From the NCBI GenBank assembly GCA_000708835.1, contig DF237053.1, positions 138,023-202,022 of the forward strand: 64,000 nt of DNA, in the 5' to 3' direction. Of the stretch, positions 45,006 through 55,052 are shown in pieces. The notes under the pieces are model-generated. The model did not search any database, was not told the origin of the DNA, and saw only the letters and a program-made list of their open reading frames with translations. The position numbers were made by a program, and so were the translations under genes. Position 1 is the stretch's first letter, and every line of letters starts with the position of its first letter. The stretch is from Klebsormidium nitens. Taxonomy: Eukaryota > Plantae > Klebsormidiophyceae.

Positions 45006-48000
45006 ATGTCGGCCCAAATACAGTACTCTGAGAAATATGCGGATGACTGTTACGAATATCGGCAAGTTTCCGTCGCCTTTCCATCCCTTTGTGAAGCTCT
45101 GTGCTGGTAATGTCTTGTTCCAGCTGGTAAGCTGGCGGTAAAATGGTGCTCAAGCTGGTAAAGTGAAGCAGGGCGTCTTGATGCATTTTAATAGTGTACT
45201 TGGGCTTCTCTTGGTTTGGGTGCATGAGCCTTGTCTTTGACAAGAATCTTCTGCTCAGTATTCAGCCTCATGTATTTGGGGAGCTTCAAGATCTGCAATG
45301 CTGTGCTCTGGCCGGGCCTGAAGTCATGCGAAAGAAGATTTGGTAGCTCATAAGCAGACTCATCATTCCACTGGCATGCTAAGACGACTCCACACATCTT
45401 GTATCCAGACTTCATTGAAGCTGGTTGAGTGACAACCTTGGCTGTTGATTGATGGGTCAGGTCGAATCCAAGCATCCTGTAACTTCCATCTCCTATGGTT
45501 ACTGAGGGTTCACAGCTGTCACGCATACGCGTAGGCTTCATTTGTGATTGCTTTAGGGGGGCCCATGCATCCCATGAATTGGTCACCAAGCGTTCTGGGT
45601 GCACCTGATTCCTTACATGGATTCGTTGAAGTTGAGGCTGTTCCTGACACTAAGCTTGCAATGCTGCTAAGAAGAGGTGGATTTTTGGTGGGTGCATGAA
45701 GCATGCATGCTGTACAGACAGCTGGCGCCGGGTCCTGTTTTTGATTGCCATCCTTTTGTTCTTATTAGAAGTGAACAACGCTTCGTTCTCTTTTCAGTTG
45801 TGATACAAGTGAAGCCTGTCCTAGAACTGCTCTTGGCAGTCAAGCCTTTGAGGACTCTGGTCGAATGAGAGCCTCGACCACCACCGTATTTTCTACTGCA
45901 GAGGATTGAAGTTATGATGGTCAGTGTTGTGGCTTTTTGTAGGATACACGATCTTGGCGGGTTGATGAAGTCAAGGAGTCTCTCCTGGGGCTTTTCGTAG
46001 GATACACGATCTTGGCGGGTTGATGAAGTCAAGGAGTCTCTCCTGGGGCTTTTCGTAGGATACACGATCTTGGCGGTTGATGAAGTCAAGGAGTCTCTCC
46101 TGGGGCTTTTCGTAGGATACACGATCTTGGCGGTTGATGAAGTCAAGGAGTCTCTCCGAGGGTGCTCTAGAATACTTGCATTGCCTTTGCATTGCCAATA
46201 TGTGTTTGCAGGTGTCCCTTTTTTGGCTTTCATTGAATCTTGGCAAGAGAGTGTGTTGGTGCATGGTCGTCTTTAAAAAGCCCAATTGAGTCGAGGGGGG
46301 AGTTTCTCCGCTTGATGTTCGCTGTCAAGATTGCCTCTCTCCTTGACTGTTGCTTGGCCTTTGCTTGATTGATCGTGGTTCTCAACAGATTGGACTCGAT
46401 CAAGGTGTCCATCACTGCTCTTAGACCTTTCTCACTACTTTCTTGTGAGCTACCTACCTTATGGCTTGGTCTTTCTTCAGTTGCCCCTTCATCGTGGGTT
46501 AGCTGGCATTCAACTCAGCGTCTTGACTTGACAAGTTTTGATTATCTGTTCCTTCAGCAAGCAATCACGAGTGGCCCATTGTAACCAATCTGGGAAAGCT
46601 TAGCCCCGAGTGAAGAGCAGTCAGGAAACATTCTGAGCACAATAAGTTCCAAATCGAGCGTGGTTGACAACAAAAGCAAGTGCGATTAACGACAGAGGCG
46701 CGTAAGGTATAGGGAGCCAAATAGGGTCAAAAGCAAGCGTGGTTAAAAGCAACTTATCCTGTGGACGTAGGCATTGATCCTGCCGACGTCATACATGAAG
46801 GGATTTAGTGGTTCAAAACAAAGGCAAGGTCTAAGACCAAACTTCAACGTGGTTACACCATAGAGCCAAGCATTTTAAACAGGATCAAAATTAAGCGCCA
46901 TTAACAGAACTTTATCTTGTGTCGGCGCAGGCACGTGATTCTGCCGACGTCGTACGTGAAGGAGCTGCCGAAGAACCGGCTGCTGAGCGAGGACGAGTGG
47001 CGGGCGCTCGGGGTGCAGCAGTCGCGCGGGTGGGAGCACTACGCAGTACACAGGTGAAATACTGCTTCACGCCTTCAACTTTTCTGTTCATTTCTAACTG
47101 GTTTTTAAGCCGTCAATCTTTCTGTTCGTTTCTTCTGATTATCTGTTCTACCCTCCTAACCTACTTCTGGATCCTGCTAACCTTTGTCTGGGTCGTTCTA
47201 ATCTCTGCTAGAGTCTCCTAATCCGATTTATAGATACCCTAACAGTTTTCTCGACCACCTGACCCCTTTTTGGACTCTCTTGACTCTTTACTCGAATCTC
47301 CTAACCTTGTCCTCTAATCCTCCTAATCCACCTCTAGACACCTCCTAACCTTCGACTGGACCCTCCTAACTTCTGTATCCTCCTGTTCTCTTTTTGGACC
47401 TTGGTCAGGTTTCTGAATCATCTTACCCTTTTTTTCTTCCTCTTCTCTTCCTCTTTTTCGGATGTAGAGAGTTCAGTGCATGCGACATCCTTGCTAGACT
47501 TGCTCGCTTCGGTGTTGCTTTCGTTTCAGTACTTCTTTCGGCATTCTTATTTCCCCCCGGGTTTTGGACACGGCAGTGGGGACAAGTTGCGTGGGCAGAG
47601 TACCACACCCCTGCAGTATTTCCTCTTTCTCCCGGATCTTTGTTCCCTGCTTTGCTTTGTCGTTGCACGCCTTCCTTGGCTTTGTTCTTCTCCTCTCCTC
47701 TTGTCGTTGCAGTCTTTTCTTCCCTCTGCTTTTCCGGTCTTCACTCCGTATAGTCTTTTTGGGGCCTATCCTTATGGCCAGTCAATCTTCTTTGCTTCAG
47801 CGAAAAGAGTCCTGTCGTGTTCTTGGGGATGCGCTTTTATTTGCGACTGGTTGATCAGCAGTCCAGCGTCAGTGAGGGCGTCTGCATCTGCAGGAGCCGC
47901 AGTGCGCAACATTATTCAGTTGGGTGCTGTAGTAGATCGAGACAGGTTGACCCACTGAAAGCCTTGGCCAACGGTCCAGCATGGTCTCTTAGCGTCCGAA

Positions 48001-48569
48001 TGAAATCACGTTGTGCTGGTTGAAAACCAAGCATTTGCAAGGTTTCGAAATGATTGCGTAGTGAGTTATCCTCGTGATTTACGTCGCAAAACGCTGTAAA
48101 CGAACATAATACGTGGTTGTAAGGGACTTTAGAAGGGAAAAGCGACAGCCTATGCAACGAACAAAACAGGTCATTTGGTACTTCTTCCGTGTCCTTCCGA
48201 AGAGGCATTTCATGTTGCTGAAAAAGGTGTCTCGTAGGAGGTTTCCGAAGTCGCAGCCTGACTCCAAATCAGACCCGTGGTCGGCTCACAGTGCATACCT
48301 AGCACGAATTTGCGTTGATTGGGTTAAGGTGTCGATCGTCCGTACTCTGGTCTTCATAGCAACCTCCGAGTCCGCTCTTAACGCAACTTCGTTCCGTTCA
48401 CAGGCCGGAACCCCACGTGCTGCTCTTCCGGCGACCACTAGGCTACGGCACGGCAGCCCAAGTCATGCAAGGTACAACGAACGACGCATCCGGTCGACGT
48501 GCGCAGCCCCGCCAAAGCCAAAACGAGCTGCAAGAACATACGGACACGTCATTTACTGGTGAAAGCTAG
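45006..48569 (+). CDS. CKS1: Cyclin-dependent kinase regulatory subunit CKS, ~114 aa
   Basis: Exons 45006-45061 (GC donor), 46931-47053, 48404-48569 (345 nt, in frame): [57 protein letters not shown]. The C-terminal tail could be alternatively spliced. Confidence 0.93.
45939..46157 (+). repeat. Near-perfect 57/58-bp tandem repeat, ~3.8 copies, in CKS1 intron 1
   Basis: Unit GTAGGATACACGATCTTGGCGG(G)TTGATGAAGTCAAGGAGTCTCTCCTGGGGCTTTTC; the copies differ by a single G indel. Confidence 0.95.
47090..47375 (+). repeat. Degenerate ~21-bp period CTAA(C/T) array in CKS1 intron 2
   Basis: About 11 CTAAC/CTAAT motifs in a pyrimidine-rich background, directly downstream of the exon 2 donor. Confidence 0.65.
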
Positions 48570-50181
48570 AAAGGACTCGATGCTGGTGAGTAGCTAGAGA
48601 AGAAGAGAAGGATTGCTCTTTCTCTTGTAAGCGTGCTGCTCGGATTACTGACAGGGACTGCAGTTGTACATACACGGTTAGGCAGCCTAGCGAGTCAGTT
48701 GCGCAAGGTGATTTCTAAGTGGCGCCCGGCCTAATCGGATCCTAGTAGTAAGAACCTTGACATAACATGTAGAGCTTGACAATGCACAAAAGCGTCCACC
48801 GTTAGGTACATAGTGGGCATACATGGTCACTTGAGGCCATTCACTTTCCCATTAAAGTCAGCCGTACACCTCAGAAAGAAAGCAAACGGGTAATAACACG
48901 AGCACTCGACCATCAGAATGGCTTAACAGCGCGTGCCTGACATTTTCGCAATAAAATGTACAACTGTTGGGTCAAGAAGTTAATTACAAAGAATGATCCA
49001 CGAGGTTTGCTACGCACTGCTTTGAAAGCAATCGAAAATCTTCCTAACGGTAAGTTCCAAGAAATGCACCGTCCTTTCCAAACTGACGAGTGTGTCTTCA
49101 TAGGCATTGCAACGTCCCCTATGGTCACCGCACTCTTTTCATGCACCTAAAGCAAGCATGGTGGACACAATGCTAAAACCTATCGTAGAACGAAACTGAC
49201 TGGGCTAGAATATGTGGCCCATACGCGCTCTCGATTCCCTCTCGATTATGCTAAGTAAGGCGTGGCACGAGCTTCTTAGAGGAGAGTCGGGGTATAGTAT
49301 CACAGGATCCGACACATATTGGCCTTTGCTATGCATCATCGATCGGATTTGAAATACTGGCGTGCGGCATGCACAAAATCATGGCGGGAAGAATGTAAAG
49401 CATATACTAGCAGTGTGCCAATACTCAATTGCGGCTGCCGGAGCTAACTAATCGACTTGGAGTTTGTTTTAGCAGCGTAGCGTTGACGTTAAGGAAACGC
49501 TCTTCACAGTTGAGCACCTTGACTCCTGAGCGCTTGCTTTAGGGCTACGGCAAGCCGCTCTGCTGAGCCGCTTGATATTGATATTGAGAGCTAGTTATAG
49601 GTAGTCCAGCTGGTCCTGTGCAGCATGTGTGATTCTGCTAGTCGCACAAATTATCATGCCTCAGTTCCCCAATATGTGAAAAGTCTCGATGGTCACTTCG
49701 TATGAACGCGTGCACACCCCTCAGTGCACACCCAGATGCATACCTATATACCGGGTATATACCTAGCGCATAAAACATCAGAACAACGTTCAAGTTCGTA
49801 GTACCCAACTACCCCTTCGATAAGGGGGTGATGTATAATTTGTCGTTGGAATGTGCAAGTTGGGGTTAGATCGTCGATAACGCTCGCGAGGAAGACGATA
49901 CACCGTTGGCCATGAGTTACCTTACGTTCCGAACCCGTCGACTGCCAAGGCCGGACCGTGATCGGTACCAAGGTATCCTATTTCCACCTAGGTACGGTAC
50001 CTGGTATCTATCCTGTGCCCTGGAGGAGCGGTACCGTACCGCGGATCCCAAGAACATCGCCCCGACTCGTCCCCCGTCGCGCCATCTGAACCGCACGTTC
50101 CGGATAGAAAGTGAGATCTCGACGGCTTCCAAGATCTGCCTTCCGCAGGCGAAGTGGTGCGCGGACCAGCACCGGCTTCTG

Positions 50182-50219
50182 ATTGGCTGACGCGAGATAG
50201 TGCGCCACAGAGGGCCAAT
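50182..50219. promoter_or_regulatory. Paired CCAAT boxes with a GATA motif upstream of LHCB5
   Basis: ATTGG at 50182-50186, GATA at ~50196 and CCAAT at 50215-50219, about 270-310 bp upstream of the ATG. CCAAT and GATA motifs are typical of Lhcb promoters. Confidence 0.4.
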
Positions 50220-50490
50220 CCAGACCCTCCAGGACTGCTATGGCGTTTCGAAAACACCGTACACTACTCCGGCTTGATCACTTTCTGATCAGTGAGACGG
50301 CTACAGTGCATTTGATTTCCCCCGAAGGTCTGACTCGGACTGAGTTGCGGCTTGTTCTGTCTGCTTGGTGAATGCGTGATTGGCAATTGCTCTGCGGACG
50401 AAAACAGATTGCGAGAACGTTGTCGAAGAAGTTTGAGGAAGGTCGCCTGCAGGGGCGCATTGATCTGGAAGCTTGATCCTCTGCATCACA

Positions 50491-53400
50491 ATGGCTTCCT
50501 CCCTGGTTTCCAAGGTCAATGTGGCCTCCAAGGCCTTCCTGGGTCAGGCGGTGACGTCTGCGGAGACGGTCGCGACCACCAGCGCTAGGTCTTTCAAGGT
50601 TGTTGCTAGGACCACGCAGCAGAAGGCAGCTGGCACTGCGAAGAAGGCGTTTGGCACTGCCAAGCAGGCTGTGGGGACCGCCAAGAAGGCTGTCGGCACC
50701 GTCAGGAAGCAGGCTCCCCTTGCTAAGGTTTCTGCGCCTATCAAGAAGGCCGCTCCTGCTGTCAAGAAGGCTGCTCCCGCTGCTGCGAGGACTGTAAAGA
50801 GGGCCGCCAGGAAGGCTACCGGAAACGCTAGCGATGACGAGCTGTCCAAGTGGTATGGTGAGGTTGCTGGAACAGGAGTCAGTCTGCAGGATTGCCATGA
50901 TCTGGTTGTCACTGTGCAAAAGATTATGGGTGATTCAACGACGACAAGTGTATGCGAATGCTGCATTAAGATGGTGAAACCGACTGACAGACATTGACGT
51001 CTACAAACCTGTGTCTGGTTTGCAACAGACTAGATTCAGCGGGACGACATAACTCTTTGCCTGTGAAGATATTTGCCCTCTATTCTTCTTTTCCACGGGT
51101 GCCTATTCTGGTCCTGAACGTGCTTGGGGGTTATGCACCAAGTCGAGCTTGTTGCTTCCAGTGTTGTTCCTGCAGCAAACCACCCACGGATATCAATTGG
51201 GAAACCAGATGGAAACAGAGAGGGGTCTGAATCTAGGTGCCACACGGAGAAGACCTGAATCCATATGCAGCATAAAGATACCAAGCATATCATGAAACCT
51301 GGTGATCAGCTTTCGGGACATGACACCTACACTCAAAAGGAAAGAGAGTGCTAGGCGAGACCTCTGCTGATGCGTAGGTCGTCACCAATGCAGGGCCTAA
51401 CAGGAGGCTGTTCCTGCCTGAGGGCCTCCTCGATAGGGAGGAGGTGCCATCATACCTCACCGGAGAAATCCCCGGAGAGTGAGTACAAAAAATTTGCACT
51501 GTTCCATGGGTTCTGTTGAGTACTCCTCAGCAGCAATGTGACCTGCAACTACTGGCCCTCATCCTGCGAATAGATGGACGGGCGGAGGATAGACTTTGCA
51601 AGGGTGTGCATCATCATGAATTCAGGGTTGAAGATTGTACTGCATTGGCAGTGGCCATACTTTGAGGACTATACTCCATACTCGGGTCTGTTTCCACATC
51701 GATCCCACGGGGAAAGAAGGCACCCAGTGGCACTCATTGGAAAACTCTTCAAAAGGCTGTTCCAGAATAAGTACCTTGGGAGCGGAAGACTGAGGTATGG
51801 TGTACCAGAATACTCTGTACAGCAGAGGAACTTTCTCCATGGTCATACTCTAATATCCTTTCGGCCACCGTACAGCTACGGATACGACCCTCTTGGCCTC
51901 GGAAAGAAGGAGAAGGACTTCGACCAGTACCGCGCTGCTGAGCTGATCCACGCAAGATGGGCGGTGAGTAGCGCTGCTAGAGAAGTTTTGCTACACATTT
52001 CTTTCACAGGGTTTGAGACTATGTGGTCCAATGCTCACAAGATGGTGTGTTTTTGAACAGAAGATCCCGCATCCGGTCAGCATTCGGAAAATAACTGGAT
52101 ACTAGGTTTCTTAACATTGATGTTTGCTCTCGCAGATGCTCGGAGCTGCCGGTATTGTCATCCCTGAGGCCTTCAACAGGTCTGGCCTGCCCTGCGGCCC
52201 TGAGGCCGTCTGGTGGAAGGTGAGGAGAACAATGGTCGCCTGACTAGACTGCATTCATCAAGGGTCGCACATTATTAGATACACATTACCGTACTGTAAG
52301 GGAATTCAACAAAGAAATTTTTTGGGGTCAGTGTGAAAAAATAAAACTAAATGTGACCTTGACTGTGAAAAGGTGAATCTGTGAATCAATGTCAGTCGTA
52401 GCTGTTTCCAGTGTGGAAAAGGCAACAAAAGCTCTTGTATGAAATCAAAAATATTTACTCATCGCGCCCGGTGAAACCTTAGGATGAACGAAGTGAAGTT
52501 GTCACACCAAGAAGTGTGAAGTCCTTGGCCGGTACGCAAAGGCTGCTGACACACAGCAGGACACCAGTATCACAACTGGCCGAAATTGCCTGTGCTTGAT
52601 TCTTATTGTATCTCATTCTCCAGCAATTGCAGTCAGCAAGATTCAACGCTGAGACTTTTGCTGCAGATGTCAGGCTAGGGTGTTGCGGCGTGATAAGGGC
52701 TTGTCATTTGATATTTTTGGTTTTTCCCTTGCAGACCGGCGCCCAGCTCCTGGAGGGAGAGTCCCTGCAGTGGTGCGGCATCACTATCCCCCTCAACCTG
52801 GCTGCCGCCACCAGTGAGTCACATCACCAATTGTTGCACCAGTGACTGCCATCCTCTGCTAACGAATGTCTGTTCTTACACCTCGCTCGCTCGCCTAGAA
52901 AAACGGCACCCTCACGGAAATCCTCTCTCCAAAATAACTGAAAGCTTGCCAGCTTGAGACCAATTGAGCACGGAAGCGGATGCATGATCTCGGCCAGTAT
53001 CAGCAATAAGTGCACGATTATCATAAGCGGCTAGCTGGGGAATTGGCCACCTGCAGAGACCTTACGCAATTTTATTGTTGCATTCAGTTGCTGAGATCGT
53101 CCTTGTCGGTGGAGCCGAGTACTACCGGTCCGCAAACAAGAGCCCCCTCGGATCGGTGAGTTGCGTTTTCTGACGCGCATTGATGCAACAGTTCGAAGTT
53201 GCACCAGTGAGAATGTGTAACCGTCCATTTAGAACGAAAGAGAGCTAGCAGTTCGTTTACAATCATCCTTGCAAAGCGATCGTCACAGCCGTTGTTATTC
53301 AAACCTTGATCTTTGCTTCTACAGGACCTTGACCCCCTCCACCCCGGTGGTGCCTTCGACCCCTTGGGTCTGGCTGGTAAGTTTGGAAGCGCTTGCAAAA

Positions 53401-53964
53401 GTTCTCTCCTCTCTGACATGACATCAGTGGAAAGCTGGCCAGTTCTGTACTGCACGAGCAGTTGAAGCCTTCACCGAATTCTATTGCAGCCCCTGGTTGC
53501 AACTTCCAGATCTTTGATTCGTTCCGAGATGTTAGTTGCATGCCTTTATACACGGCAAGCCTGCAAATGCCAGAAAATTAGAGATTGCAGATTCTGGTTG
53601 GTGATTGTGTCGTGGAAGATTGGCTGCACATCTCTAGGATGAGGGCAGGCTTTGTCAAGGAATCAAACTAGATTCACAATTTCACAGAACGGCTCAACTT
53701 GCTTTCAATGCGTCTTTGTCTGTTGCTAAAGTGTTCTTAACCTTTTGTCTGATTGCAGACGACCCGGACCAGTTCGCTCTCCTCAAGGTGAAGGAGATCA
53801 AGAACGGACGCCTTGCCCTCTTCTCCCTGCTCGGATTCTTCGTACAAGCGTACGTCACGCAAGATGGCCCCGTGGCCAACTTGGCTGCCCATTTGGATGA
53901 CCCCTTCGCCAACAACATCATCTCTGTTATCGGCGGAAACATCGAGAGGTCGCCAGTGTTGTAA
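50491..53964 (+). CDS. LHCB5: Minor PSII antenna protein CP26, 342 aa
   Basis: Exons 50491-50857, 51394-51478, 51876-51963, 52136-52219, 52735-52813, 53088-53155, 53325-53376, 53759-53964 (1029 nt, in frame). [59 protein letters not shown] and the C-terminal ERSPVL are diagnostic of Lhcb5. Confidence 0.95.
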
Positions 53965-54783
53965 AACAGCCGACTCTACTGACTGTTTTGTGTATGATTT
54001 CGAGTTCGCCCTCATAAAATCTGCAGAGCTATTCAAAGAGACGAGTTGGCAAAGTTGATTCCTCTGCGGAGCCAGAAAGTTCTTTACAAGCCGTAGATAC
54101 GCAGAATGGAGGTCTGTACCGCCAAAATGGATTCTCAAGTGTTATTCATGTAACGAGCTTAAGAGCAAGCCTTGCAGATCCCGGTCTGATCTGCAAGTTT
54201 TCGTTAAATTTGAGGTTCGGCTGCAGATCGAGAATTCTTTCAGCCATCCTCGAGCAAAGCTCAAGTCATTCAGTTGTTTGCAGTGACGGCGGTAGCCCTT
54301 TGGTTTGCTTGCACATGCTGCGGTTCGTGATATGACCACTTATGGATATGAAAAATTCAAATTTGGCGGGCATTCACTCGATAAACATTATAGCATATCA
54401 GTTCCAAATGGAGTCACGGACTAAGCTTCACGAATGGTGGACTCGTATACTATTTCTTTGCACTCTGGGCTACACCGAAAGAAACCAAAACGCAAGTGCC
54501 AAGCTGGATGCATCATGCGCCATGGGATCCACAATGCCTTGCATGAGACATATGTCTCCGCCAACATTTTCCTGTGCCATGCAAACATGTATCAGACGGT
54601 GCAGGCCCCATGGACCATGGCGGCCTGTGTATATGAAGAACAACATAAGAAATTGAATGCCGCGCATGTTCTATTTCGACCAGCTAGCAATCATGACGAA
54701 TCATTTACGTCCCCAGAACCTAGCTGAAACAATTGATTGGCCAGCTCAGCTCAGACCATTATCAACAGTGGGTTTGAAGAGTT

Positions 54784-54929
54784 TGGCAACGCTAGCTAGC
54801 ACTAAGATAAGCACCCGGGGGAGAGTGGGGTTAGTTTGGGTGCGGGTGCGGAGCGCGTGATTTGTATGGTTAGGGTTTTTAGTTTGGGTGCCCGGGAGTT
54901 ATGTATCTTAGTGCAAGCGAGCGTTGCCA
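54784..54929. mobile_element. MITE-like element with ~26-bp TIRs and the shared G/T-rich core
   Basis: GGCAACGCTAGCTAGCACTAAGATA pairs imperfectly with TATCTTAGTGCAAGCGAGCGTTGCC. The core GCACCCGGGGG...GGTGCGGAGCGCGTGA...TTAGGGTTTTTAG resembles 18222-18320. Confidence 0.65.
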
Positions 54930-55052
54930 GTATGGTTTGAATTCCATGATTGTCTCCAGCCTCTACTGGATTGTTCATTGCGCTTATATGTAAAATGTGC
55001 AAGCTTCATGAGTGGTGGATGGGCTTGCATGAGGGAATAGCCTGGATCCAGT

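Noticed and set aside
45939-46157. CRISPR array, or coding repeat (ORFs 45667-46233 and 45971-46285)
   Set aside because: Head-to-tail units with no spacers. The 58-bp units break the frame and the ORFs show no recognisable motif.
50278-50966. Antisense ORFs of 213 and 140 aa over LHCB5 exon 1
   Set aside because: Strong codon bias (few A-ending or T-starting stop complements) keeps the opposite strand open; no independent evidence.
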